The notes: generated by a model not told the origin, from the sequence alone. A stretch of 32,000 nt of DNA from Erysipelotrichaceae bacterium OH741_COT-311 (GCA_003858585.1 RQZE01000006.1:1-32000); one strand, 5' to 3'; shown: positions 1-9,474, numbered from the stretch's first letter. Translations and numbers: made by a program.

Positions 1-61
1 GCTGGCAGGCGATAAAAGCACACGTGTGTGCAGCCAGTGATAGTAGGGCTAAGCCCGAAAA

Positions 62-88
62 TGAAAAACCACCCGCTAGGCGGGTGGA
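62..88 (-). terminator. Rho-independent terminator downstream of the GH31 gene (possibly bidirectional)
   Basis: ccacccg (69-75) pairs with cgggtgg (81-87): a 7-bp G+C stem with a 5-nt loop. On the minus strand a TTTTT run (complement of 64-68) follows it, just past the ORF stop at 100. On the plus strand atatttatt follows it. Confidence 0.8.
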
Positions 89-99
89 TATTTATTAAA

Positions 100-3000
100 T
101 TATTGACGTACTTTGCGATGTTTACGAATCACGAAGTATCCTAAGACAAGGAAGCTTGTTAGAAGCATCATTGAATAGAATGTAACGTTTGTTGTATCTC
201 CAGTTTTTGGAACAGAAGGATTTCCTTTGAAAGTAGCTGTTTTTGATACACAAGCGTTTGCTTCTTGGCTCCATACTAAGCCTTTCGCTTCACATGTATT
301 TGTTGAAGCTTCCGGTTTTACAACCGGAGGTTTTGGTTGTACGACTGGAGGAACAACTGCATTTTTAACGACTACATATGGTGAGAAGTCTTTTGATTTA
401 AACTTAATGCGGTTGGCATCCAATACTTCATGTGGATATGCTGTTAATGTATTGTCAGCATTTACGTGATATACCGTAACGTTATCGCTACCATTTGCAA
501 GCGTCAAGATAACCTCTACTTCTACTTCCGGTTGTATTTTGATGTCACTTCCGGCTTCTGTAACATAGATATCAAATGTTTCTACTTGCTTGCCATCCAA
601 TACACTTGGTAAAGCAAAGTTTGCAGCAGATGGATGAGAAACATAGTTAATCTTTTGCCAGATCGCTTTTAATTCCATGTTAGCAACAACCGGATCTAAG
701 AAGTTATAAGAAACGTTATTCCATTTCCATTCAATAAATTTAAATCCAAGTTTTGTCGGATTTGCAGGTTGATCGATGCTTTGACCTTTATAAACTGTTT
801 TTGCTTCGACATCACTACCACCATCACTATTGAATGTTACGGTTACTTTTTCATGTTCTTGCCATGTTGCAACAAGTGTTATATTTGCATCAATTACAGT
901 GTCAAATGTAAATGGATTACCATTTAATGTCCAACCGATAAATGTAAAGTGTTCTTTTACCGGAGTTATCGGAGAAATTGTTTCATTTTTATAAATTTCG
1001 ATTGGAGCAAGAGCGTTTCCACCTTGAGTATCAAAGCTAACAGTTACTTTTTCGTGTTCTTGCCAGATCGCTTTTAATGTAATGTCATCATCAACCGTTT
1101 CTTCAAATGTGTAATCTGTATCACCGTTTACCCATTTTACAAATGTATGATGTGGTTTTGATGGATCACTTGGCTTGTTAACCTTGCTTCCACGTTCCAC
1201 TTGTACCGGCGTTAATGAAGTACCACCATCCGTATCAAAAGTCACAGTTACCGGATCTGTTAATGCAATCGCTTCCCATGTAGCAATTAACGTGATGTTA
1301 CGATCTACCAATTCGGTAAATGTATACTCAACTCCATCCAGAGTCCAGTTGATAAATGTATGACCATCACGAGTTGGATTTTCCGGTTTATTTGCGGATT
1401 CATTGGCATTTACGGTTTGAGCAGGAATTGCACTACCACCGTTTGAATCAAAGGTTACAGTAAAGGTAACGGCATTTTCCGGACGATAGATGGCATCTAA
1501 TGTAATGTCTTCCGTAACAGGAGTATCGAAGTTATATACCACACCATCTTTTTGCCATTCAACAAAGACATAGCCTTCTTTTTCAGGGTCATTTGGACGA
1601 TCTAAGATAGTTCCTACATACACTTCCATAACACCGGATGGACTATTGTTGTTTGGATTGAAGGTTACGTTTACTTTTGCTTTTTCTTGCCAGATCGCTT
1701 TTAATGTCATGCTTTCTGTTACCAACGTTGCAAAGTCATAGGCAACACCATCTTTTTGCCATTCAACAAAATCATAATTTTCTTTTGTCGGATTTTCTGG
1801 ACGAGGCAGCGTTGTATTTACACTAACTTGTGCATCCAAAACCGGAGTACCACCATCACTGTCGAAGTGAACAGTTACCTTTTCTTTTTCTGCAAAGAAT
1901 TGGATTTCAGCTAGTGTTGCAAATTTATTGTTGTCTTTAGGGACATTTGCAAAAGATTCTAGGACTTTAATTTTTACATATTGGGCAACAATCGGATTGA
2001 ATTTTACATGATGGAATTGATCTTTGTTAAGAAGCTGATTGCCATCGTGTTCTAATTCAAAGTTTCCTGCCAATACATAATCTACATTATTTGTACTTGT
2101 ATATACTTCAAATTTTTTGAAATCACCATTACGTGAATTTTGTCTTGATAATAATTTAATGTCTGTTAATGTTACAGGTTTACCTAAATCATATGTAATT
2201 TCTTGAGGTAGTTTGTTGTTTGATGGAACTGTCCATTTTGAATGCCAATAAGTATCGTTTTGACCATCTAATGTATAACGCAATTCCGCATCTTCACCGG
2301 TTGCAAGGGTCATTTCGTTTTCTGTAGGTAGATTTGTAACTCCTTCCAGTTTGTTTGCTTCAATTGCAGGAAGGAAACGTAATGCTTTATAAGCTTTTAA
2401 TAATGTATCGTAGGCTTGATCTACATCATCTTGTGAGGCTTGATCATTACTATCAACAGTAGTAGCTTGTGAATAAGCTTCATTAAATGGTTCAAATGTT
2501 GCAGGTTCATATAGATTTGCTGCATCAATGAATCTTACGGTTTCATCAATTAGTGCTTGAAGAGCGTGCTTGTTTGCTCCGCCATGGATTGTTACTTCTT
2601 TTGTATTAGTAATGGTTGGATTTGAAACGGATGCAATTGTTAGGGTTGCACTTCCTGGCTGTATTGCAGTTGCATAGTATTTAAATTGATCGCCTTCTTT
2701 ATTTGTCACAATTTTTACATTGTCATTATTCGAAGTGATTTTTACATACTTATTGCTTGCTTCTTCAGGGAGAACTTCAACATCCAATTCTACAACATCA
2801 CCAACATATAGATTACTTAAATCGTTTTTGATGTTTACAGAGGTTACATCTACGTTAGCGTTATAACCGATAGTAACTTCATTAATTGTAATCATACGAT
2901 TTGTTGTTTGTGTTAAAGTATTTGCTGTTCCTGTTGTTTCTAAAGGAATTACATCAACACGTTTAATCTTGATGTTTTGATCAAATGTAAAGTTAAATAC

Positions 3001-6000
3001 GGCATTTGTACTTGTAAGTTCACCTAAGTCATGTTCTTGGTTGCTTTCATCAACTAAGACAACTTTTGCTTTCTTAACAGTACCATTACCACCGTTACGT
3101 CCATAAAGCGTTACACTATTTACTTTACCCGGTTGATTTAAGTGGAATGAGAATGTTGATGGAACTTTAATATAAGCAGGGAATTCTGCATCTGTTTCTG
3201 ATCCGAAGTACCATCTGAATTCAAATTGAGCACCTGATTTTACACCGTCCAATAAAACACGTGGGTTTGTTTGTTCTTGTGCAAGCAATTGATAGTTATT
3301 ACCATCATCGTTTTGTAATAAATCGTTTGTAATGTGAATTGCTGAAATATCACTTGCTTGATAGAAACGTTCACCTTCTACAATTGGGAAGTCCGGTTCT
3401 TTACTTGTAGCATCTACAACGTTCAGTCTAGGACCTACTAATTTTGCTTCATTATTCAATAATACCGGACCATCTTGTAGAGCTTTTAACTTGATGGTTC
3501 CAAGTAGAACATTTCCTGCAACCAATGGTTTATTACCAATGTTTGCTTGCGTAATGATTAATTCTTTTGTTCCGTTACTACGTTGTTTATCTGCCACAAA
3601 CGGCTTCATAGCTCTAGTGATAAAGCTACGATCAAATTCTACAAATTGAGCATGATTTTCTGTTAAGTTTAAACGTATTGTATAAGCATTTACGGCATTT
3701 AAGTTTACACCCATAACTTTTAATTCATACGTTTCCCCTTCGCTTACCGTTGTTTTGCTTGGAATTAGAACAATTTTACCACTTGCATTTCCTTGTTGTT
3801 TTGTTCCATTTTCCAATTGTGTTGTCACAAACGATAGGTCGTAGGCATCAATAATATTGTTGTAGTCAATATCTGCACCCTTATCTACAATGTAATTCCA
3901 ATCTGAATCTGTAGAAACTAAACCGTGATAGTTTTCAAAGAATGTTAAGTCATTACTATCAATGATGCCATCACCGTTTCCATCAGCGACTGCATAAGCA
4001 TTACTTCCATCTACTTTATATGGTTGAAGCTCTGCAGCACTTAAGAATCCATTTACAGTTTGAATAGGTGTTAAGCGAATATAACGAGCAAGTGTTTTTT
4101 CCGACGATGGAATTTCTTTTACACGATTGTCGGTTGTTAAATTCCATAATTCATCTTTGTCATAGAATGTTTTCCAATGTACACCATCTAAACTTGTTTC
4201 AATACTTGCTTTTTTTACAGTACCATTCCATGCATTTTCACGAGCAATGTATACAAATTTTTCTAGATTATAAACCATTTTCATATCTAAGATTACCGGT
4301 TTGTCCGTTGGATCTGTGCTATGGAAAATAGAATTTAAATCTTTATCTATCGCATGGTCTTTAGCACCCCATTGATCTCCGTGATTCCAAATTACACTCA
4401 TGTTTTCCGGAATATTGCGATACGGATCTAATAAAGTTTTTGCATCAATATAATCAGACCATTGTGAATAACCATCTTTGTTGACTGCACGAACACGATA
4501 TTTATGAGCTGAGTCGAATGGTTGGTCAAGATGTGTAAATGAAGTAGCTTTAATATTACGGTTTAAAATACCATCAACTTCAATATCGTATTTTGTTGCT
4601 TGATCAACAGCATTCCATGTTAATGTTACAGACGTTGAAGTCAATGCGTTAGTATCAACAGCAAAGTTTGCAGGCACTTGCAATGCCGGATTTAAAGCGT
4701 CCTTATCAAAGTCTGCTTCATTTTTAAAGCCGTTTACTACTACAGTTTGTGTTGTTTGATTAACATTTGCTTTTGCAAATTTCACCATTATTTTTGGATT
4801 GGTAATGATTTCTTTATCTTTAAATGTACCTGTTCCATATTTATTTAGGTTATATTTGCTATTGTAGAAATATACAGTGTCACTTGCATTTTTAAATTCT
4901 TCATAGGAATTTACTTCACGAATTGCTTGATTGCCATCCGTTACACCTGCAGGTTTTTCACTAACATTAATAATAAATGTTGTAACACGATTTGCATCAT
5001 ATCCATTGTAAGAACCTGTTGATGGATGTGCTGTTAAGGTAGCAACATCACCAACCACTTCAGAAGTGAAGCGTGTTTTTACACTTGGTCCATAAGTTGG
5101 TTCTTCTTTATTGGTGTTGTTTAATGAAACCCCATCATCTTCCAATAACTCATAAGAAGTAGAACCATCCGGCCAAAATTCTACAACACGTTTAGTACGA
5201 TCTAATCCTTTTACATTTGTTGTAGATGGAGCAAACGCATTGTTGTTTTCTTCGTACATAGGAACAATGGCACCGTTTCTAACGAATAACGGCAGTTTCC
5301 AAATAGGGGCATCAAAGTTATTGATGGTACTTCCGCCTTGATATTGTTCTCCTGTAAAGTAATCAATCCAAACTTTACCGGGTTCCGGTAAGTAGATGTT
5401 ATTACGAATATCATTTCCGGTAGCAGAATCCATAGCAGTATCCTTATAAATAGGAGCTACCAAGAAATCATTACCGAACATAAATTGGTATTGTAAATTT
5501 AAGCTATATGCATATGGATCGTTTGGATAATTTAAAAACATTGCACGAATCATTGGCAGATCATCCATAGATTTATAAGCTTCATTATAAAGGTATGGCA
5601 ACAATTCAGAACGAAGTTTTAAATACATACGATTGATGGAAGTAATATCATCACCAAAATAATGTGGTTTTTTTGGATAACTTCCCCATCCATCCATATT
5701 TAATAGAAGTGGTGTAAATGTTTTCCATTGGTAATCACGAGCAGTAATGATATCTGAACCACCAAAGATTCCATCCATATCGGAACCGATGTTTGGATTT
5801 CCTGATAAAGATTGACCTACATAAGTTGGAATATGGAAACGAATGTATTCCCAATCTCCACCGGTTTGGTCACCTGTCCAGATTCCACCAAAACGTTGTG
5901 TACCTGCCCATCCATCTAATGTGATAATCGTTGGACGTTCATTATTAGCTCCAATAATGTCGTAGGCACCATGAATTCCATTTAATCCAAATGAATATCC

Positions 6001-7302
6001 CGGACCTACCCATGCAACGTCTGTTTTTAAGATCTTGATACCGCCGTTATTAACTTCTTTTGCAAAGTCACGTTGTAAATGATCTTTTTCTCCTCTTACA
6101 GGACTTAAGTTTGATTGTGTCCAAAGACCTGTAATGATACCAAACTGTCTAGCATAATCTGTAAATTCTTTAAGATTAGCAACGTTTTGATCAATGTTAG
6201 AAGATGGATCGCTGCTTACTTCATTGAATCCATGTCTTCCATATCCACATCCATATCCATCGTTTGGTAAAAACCATCCAAATGGCATGTCATTTGCTAC
6301 ATAGCCGTCAATAACAGCTCTTGCAGAAAATGGATCTTGATTATTCAAAGACTCAAGGGTTCCACCATTTTTGATGAAGCCTTTGTTGTTAATTTCATTA
6401 TATGTTTTTCCATCTTCCAAACGAATTCTTGTGCCATTTACCCATTCATCACGATTGTAACAGTTTAAATGACCTACGTAATAAGAATTAATATGAAAAA
6501 CAACGGGTTTACCGGTTACTTTATAATATAAATTCAAGATATCTTTTGGAGTGCTACCTACAAAGTAGTAAGCATCAAAGCGATTATCTTCGTGTGTAGT
6601 TACAACTTGATCTTGATGTTTAGAACCAAAATCATAGACACCCGGTTTAAAGGTATTTCTTAAAACTCCATACCCATTTGTTGTATAGTAAAATGGATTT
6701 GGACTTGCAACTCCACCATCTACCCAGTTGTTTGTATTTTTTATGGCGATACTTTTATTTGTATGGATGTAACGACCGTTTTGTGTTCCTCCACCAAAAT
6801 AATGTTCGTTTTCTGCTTTACTTAATGTTTGATAAGTTCTTGTACCAACTGAAAGAGGGCTTACTTCAGTAAATAATACTTTATTATTCTTATCTTTTAA
6901 TGTGAGTTTACTTGTCGCTTTATCAATCTCTAAGATTGCCTTTCCAGTGGTAAGTACATATTTATCGTTTTCCTTACTTAACTGTGGAGTTGGTTTTGTA
7001 TATTCTGCGGAACTATCTGGTTGTTGTTGAATTTTAGCTTCCGGATATCCTTGGCTAGGCTTTGCATACTCATAGAAGTCACCATTAGGATCTACGGTAA
7101 ATCTAAAAATATCATCTTCTAAAAATTTAATTTGACCTTTTTGTCCATTTGAATATGTGATTTTAACGACGTTTCCTTGAACAGTTACTTCCGTTACACT
7201 ACCAAGTGTTGTTTCGTTGGCTAATACAATACGTGGTGTCTGTGTGTAAACAATTGAAAAAGAAACGAAAAGTGCCAAAAACAATTTTAATAAATGTTTC
7301 AT
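100..7302 (-). CDS. Secreted, cell-wall-anchored multimodular glycoside hydrolase family 31 (GH31) enzyme; substrate specificity unknown
   Basis: 2400-aa ORF with AGGAGGA directly upstream (complement of 7306-7312) and signal peptide MKHLLKLFLALFVSFSIVYTQTP. GH31 catalytic signatures: GIKILKTDVAW (nucleophile Asp codon about 6019-6021; cf. E. coli YicI KTDFGE) and WTGDQ...GSDMDGIFGG (cf. YicI WGGDC...SHDIGGF). Downstream modules: FN3 (TSVTLTWNAV...YRVRAVNKDG), three F5/8-type-C/CBM32-like modules, a dockerin-like double Ca loop, a cohesin-like module, Big_2, a FIVAR-like segment and six Listeria-Bacteroides (Flg_new) repeats. The C-terminus has a Pro-rich linker (PPVVQPKPPVVKPE), a VPKTG sorting motif (196-213), a TM helix and an RKHRKVRQ tail. 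Confidence 0.95.
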   Translation of the reverse strand: MKHLLKLFLALFVSFSIVYTQTPRIVLANETTLGSVTEVTVQGNVVKITYSNGQKGQIKFLEDDIFRFTVDPNGDFYEYAKPSQGYPEAKIQQQPDSSAEYTKPTPQLSKENDKYVLTTGKAILEIDKATSKLTLKDKNNKVLFTEVSPLSVGTRTYQTLSKAENEHYFGGGTQNGRYIHTNKSIAIKNTNNWVDGGVASPNPFYYTTNGYGVLRNTFKPGVYDFGSKHQDQVVTTHEDNRFDAYYFVGSTPKDILNLYYKVTGKPVVFHINSYYVGHLNCYNRDEWVNGTRIRLEDGKTYNEINNKGFIKNGGTLESLNNQDPFSARAVIDGYVANDMPFGWFLPNDGYGCGYGRHGFNEVSSDPSSNIDQNVANLKEFTDYARQFGIITGLWTQSNLSPVRGEKDHLQRDFAKEVNNGGIKILKTDVAWVGPGYSFGLNGIHGAYDIIGANNERPTIITLDGWAGTQRFGGIWTGDQTGGDWEYIRFHIPTYVGQSLSGNPNIGSDMDGIFGGSDIITARDYQWKTFTPLLLNMDGWGSYPKKPHYFGDDITSINRMYLKLRSELLPYLYNEAYKSMDDLPMIRAMFLNYPNDPYAYSLNLQYQFMFGNDFLVAPIYKDTAMDSATGNDIRNNIYLPEPGKVWIDYFTGEQYQGGSTINNFDAPIWKLPLFVRNGAIVPMYEENNNAFAPSTTNVKGLDRTKRVVEFWPDGSTSYELLEDDGVSLNNTNKEEPTYGPSVKTRFTSEVVGDVATLTAHPSTGSYNGYDANRVTTFIINVSEKPAGVTDGNQAIREVNSYEEFKNASDTVYFYNSKYNLNKYGTGTFKDKEIITNPKIMVKFAKANVNQTTQTVVVNGFKNEADFDKDALNPALQVPANFAVDTNALTSTSVTLTWNAVDQATKYDIEVDGILNRNIKATSFTHLDQPFDSAHKYRVRAVNKDGYSQWSDYIDAKTLLDPYRNIPENMSVIWNHGDQWGAKDHAIDKDLNSIFHSTDPTDKPVILDMKMVYNLEKFVYIARENAWNGTVKKASIETSLDGVHWKTFYDKDELWNLTTDNRVKEIPSSEKTLARYIRLTPIQTVNGFLSAAELQPYKVDGSNAYAVADGNGDGIIDSNDLTFFENYHGLVSTDSDWNYIVDKGADIDYNNIIDAYDLSFVTTQLENGTKQQGNASGKIVLIPSKTTVSEGETYELKVMGVNLNAVNAYTIRLNLTENHAQFVEFDRSFITRAMKPFVADKQRSNGTKELIITQANIGNKPLVAGNVLLGTIKLKALQDGPVLLNNEAKLVGPRLNVVDATSKEPDFPIVEGERFYQASDISAIHITNDLLQNDDGNNYQLLAQEQTNPRVLLDGVKSGAQFEFRWYFGSETDAEFPAYIKVPSTFSFHLNQPGKVNSVTLYGRNGGNGTVKKAKVVLVDESNQEHDLGELTSTNAVFNFTFDQNIKIKRVDVIPLETTGTANTLTQTTNRMITINEVTIGYNANVDVTSVNIKNDLSNLYVGDVVELDVEVLPEEASNKYVKITSNNDNVKIVTNKEGDQFKYYATAIQPGSATLTIASVSNPTITNTKEVTIHGGANKHALQALIDETVRFIDAANLYEPATFEPFNEAYSQATTVDSNDQASQDDVDQAYDTLLKAYKALRFLPAIEANKLEGVTNLPTENEMTLATGEDAELRYTLDGQNDTYWHSKWTVPSNNKLPQEITYDLGKPVTLTDIKLLSRQNSRNGDFKKFEVYTSTNNVDYVLAGNFELEHDGNQLLNKDQFHHVKFNPIVAQYVKIKVLESFANVPKDNNKFATLAEIQFFAEKEKVTVHFDSDGGTPVLDAQVSVNTTLPRPENPTKENYDFVEWQKDGVAYDFATLVTESMTLKAIWQEKAKVNVTFNPNNNSPSGVMEVYVGTILDRPNDPEKEGYVFVEWQKDGVVYNFDTPVTEDITLDAIYRPENAVTFTVTFDSNGGSAIPAQTVNANESANKPENPTRDGHTFINWTLDGVEYTFTELVDRNITLIATWEAIALTDPVTVTFDTDGGTSLTPVQVERGSKVNKPSDPSKPHHTFVKWVNGDTDYTFEETVDDDITLKAIWQEHEKVTVSFDTQGGNALAPIEIYKNETISPITPVKEHFTFIGWTLNGNPFTFDTVIDANITLVATWQEHEKVTVTFNSDGGSDVEAKTVYKGQSIDQPANPTKLGFKFIEWKWNNVSYNFLDPVVANMELKAIWQKINYVSHPSAANFALPSVLDGKQVETFDIYVTEAGSDIKIQPEVEVEVILTLANGSDNVTVYHVNADNTLTAYPHEVLDANRIKFKSKDFSPYVVVKNAVVPPVVQPKPPVVKPEASTNTCEAKGLVWSQEANACVSKTATFKGNPSVPKTGDTTNVTFYSMMLLTSFLVLGYFVIRKHRKVRQ
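652..1878 (-). repeat. Six tandem coding repeats (about 69 aa each) of the Listeria-Bacteroides / Flg_new type inside the GH31 gene
   Basis: Six units of pattern VTVxFDSDGGSxV...P.NPTKxGxxFxxWxxDGxxYxFxTxVTxDxTLxAIWQE, running from VTVHFDSDGGTPV (codons start at 1878) to MELKAIWQK (about 652). DNA-level echoes are present, e.g. gttactttttc(a/g)tgttcttgcca near 840 and 1045. Confidence 0.85.
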
Positions 7303-7443
7303 GTGTCCTCCTGTCTACTAGATAGTCATGTATGATTATCAATATAAGGCTCTGCAAGTCATAAAAGTAAGTTTATATTGAAAAGATACATCACGTAAAG
7401 AAAGCTCTAAATGGAATAAAAATGACTTCTTACTCCCTCCCCA

Positions 7444-7457
7444 TTTAAACGCTTACA
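7444..7457 (-). promoter_or_regulatory. Candidate catabolite-responsive element (cre, CcpA site) in the GH31 promoter/leader
   Basis: The plus strand reads TTTAAACGCTTACA and the minus strand TGTAAGCGTTTAAA, matching 13/14 positions of the Bacillota cre consensus TGWAANCGNTNWCA. It lies 6 nt downstream (minus-strand sense) of a perfect TATAAT. Confidence 0.45.
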
Positions 7458-7463
7458 TTGGAT

Positions 7464-7469
7464 ATTATA
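7464..7469 (-). promoter_or_regulatory. Candidate -10 box (TATAAT) for the GH31 gene
   Basis: The minus strand reads agttTATAATatccaaTGTAAGCG. It is a perfect -10 hexamer about 160 nt upstream of the start codon. The -35 region (ttttta, 17-nt spacing) is weak. Confidence 0.35.
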
Positions 7470-7573
7470 AACTAGAAGAATACATTTAAAAATATACGAA
7501 TTAGTTTACCGTTTGTACTTTTTAGTAAATAAATGAAAGAGCTAAAAATTATAAATTTAAACTTATCAAAAAT

Positions 7574-7604
7574 GAAAAAAAGCATTATACTATAACGCTT
7601 TTTT
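7574..7604 (-). terminator. Rho-independent terminator after the GDPD gene (A/T-flanked, could act in both directions)
   Basis: agcattata (7581-7589) pairs with tataacgct (7591-7599), 9 bp including one G-U; the inner pairs must open to form a loop. An A run lies on the left (a T run on the minus strand) and TTTTTT on the right. Confidence 0.5.
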
Positions 7605-7686
7605 CAAAATAGAAAAGAGAAAAGAGGAAGAGATATTTTTACTATAAATAGTATAGAAATTAGTAAAATTTTTAGATAAGAAATAT

Positions 7687-9474
7687 TTAAAATCCAAACA
7701 ATTCTTCTAATAGAATTTGGAATTTATTTCGTTGTTTATTATAGGTAATTCCTTCTTTTACTTGAATAACATAATCTGTAATAATTCCGTCAATATTGGA
7801 ATTGACAAAGCGATGAATAGATTCTTCGGTATTTACAGTCCATACAATGGCTTTTTTTCCTAATGAGTGAATGTACTGAATATGCTCTTCACTAGCTTCT
7901 CGCTCTTCCATTAAGAAGAAATCGGCATGAATGTCTTTCAGTGGAATTATACGAAAGAAATAGATGTATCCACTTTGAACTTCGGGATAATGAGTTTCGA
8001 TGTAGTCAATTAATTTGTAATCTAAAGAAATTAATACGTGATTGGAAAGGGCATTGTACTCTTTAAGTTTGCTAATGACATCATCCACCATTTGAAAATC
8101 AGCAGTAGATCCTTTTAATTCAATGAATAATCCAATGCGATTATTTGCGATTTGTAAAGCTTCTTCCAGTGTGGCTATCGGTTGAGAAGGACGATGTTTA
8201 TCAAAGTGATCTTTAATCAATAAATGTTTGATTTCTTCAAGAGTGAAGTCGGCAGATTTCCCTTTTCTTCCACTGACACGTTTAAAGCTTTCGTCATGGT
8301 TAAGGATGTAGTGACCATCTTTTGTGCGTTGTATATCAATTTCACTATAAGCAACCTTTTGCTCAATGGCTTTTTCAATGCCTAATAAAGAGTTTTCAGC
8401 AGCGAGATCGCCTCCGGCACGATGAGCGATAATCATCATGTTGTATTCATGATCAAAGATTTTTTGGTAATTGTTAGCTAAATAATCAGCAAATTTAAAG
8501 TTAAAGAAAAAGAATACAAGAAGGAAAGATAGCCCGATTAAGAAAGTGATAAAGCGATATCGCTTTATAGTAAAATTTCTTTTTTTAATGTTTCTAATAG
8601 CAGGGTTGCACATGGTTTGAGGTTGATATTGATAAAATAAATCGGTTATTATACTCACTGTAATTGGAATTGTTAAAAATGCAAAGAAAGATGCCATTTG
8701 TAAGAAAAGTAAAAAGCCATAAATAAGAGCGGTTTCTTGAAATTCGTTTGTAAAAAAGACAAAAAGCACAACAGGAAGTGTAACGAATAAGACTGTTAAT
8801 AAAAAGAAACCAAATTGTTTAAGGAATTTTATTACTAAAGACCCTGTGATAGAAAAGAAATGCTGCTTGACTAATGATATAGATTGTTTCATAGCTTCTA
8901 GCGGTTGGATACGTAGTAGGATGATAAAGTGAAGTGTAAACATCAAAAAGAAGCTAAAGATGGTAAAAAGTGTAAGAAAGAAAATATATAGATATAGTTG
9001 GGAAGGGTTGCTATAAATGGTAGAAGTAATGAAGTTAGGGATGGTGAAGTCTATCATAGGAGAAATGGTCAATCCTATGTTTATAAGAGGTAAGATGAGT
9101 GCTATATATAATATTAAAAACAAACCACTAAGATTCCACAATGCAGTGGTTGATTTTATGCCTTCTAAGATTACGCTGCTTAAACGATAATGATAGTTTC
9201 CTTCTTTCATTAAGGCAGTTAGAATAATGGAAGCATTAATATCAATACCAACTAAAACGGTAGCTAATATAAGGGTAATAATCACTGCTAAAAATCCTTG
9301 GAAGCTGAATAAGATAGGAATGTAATCGGCAGAAGATAAATAAATACGTCCGGTGGAAGAAATAAGCAGCAGCATGATTTCTGTATAAATGGGAAGAATG
9401 CATAAAACGAAGATAGTTTTTGTGATGAGTTGATATTTGGTAAATATCCATAGTTTATGGAAGAATTTTATCAT
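7687..9474 (-). CDS. Membrane-bound glycerophosphodiester phosphodiesterase (N-terminal polytopic membrane domain + C-terminal GDPD domain)
   Basis: 595-aa ORF. The first roughly 330 aa are multiple hydrophobic helices. The C-terminal part carries GDPD signatures: IIAHRAGGDLAAENSLLGIEKAI...YSEIDIQRTKDGHYILNHDESFKRVSG and a final WTVN...DGIITDY. Confidence 0.85.
   Translation of the reverse strand: MIKFFHKLWIFTKYQLITKTIFVLCILPIYTEIMLLLISSTGRIYLSSADYIPILFSFQGFLAVIITLILATVLVGIDINASIILTALMKEGNYHYRLSSVILEGIKSTTALWNLSGLFLILYIALILPLINIGLTISPMIDFTIPNFITSTIYSNPSQLYLYIFFLTLFTIFSFFLMFTLHFIILLRIQPLEAMKQSISLVKQHFFSITGSLVIKFLKQFGFFLLTVLFVTLPVVLFVFFTNEFQETALIYGFLLFLQMASFFAFLTIPITVSIITDLFYQYQPQTMCNPAIRNIKKRNFTIKRYRFITFLIGLSFLLVFFFFNFKFADYLANNYQKIFDHEYNMMIIAHRAGGDLAAENSLLGIEKAIEQKVAYSEIDIQRTKDGHYILNHDESFKRVSGRKGKSADFTLEEIKHLLIKDHFDKHRPSQPIATLEEALQIANNRIGLFIELKGSTADFQMVDDVISKLKEYNALSNHVLISLDYKLIDYIETHYPEVQSGYIYFFRIIPLKDIHADFFLMEEREASEEHIQYIHSLGKKAIVWTVNTEESIHRFVNSNIDGIITDYVIQVKEGITYNKQRNKFQILLEELFGF

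Noticed and set aside
227-469. Plus-strand 80-aa ORF. The same applies to 1175-1363, 4068-4331 and 6678-6872 (plus strand) and 5211-5414 (minus strand, alternative frame).
   Set aside because: All lie entirely inside the 2400-aa GH31 gene, antisense or out of frame. They have no RBS and low-complexity or odd composition. They are shadows of a long, well-supported CDS.
9242-9451. 69-aa minus-strand ORF overlapping the 5' part of the GDPD gene.
   Set aside because: It is an alternative frame of a gene with clear membrane + GDPD domain logic, and no independent signals support it.
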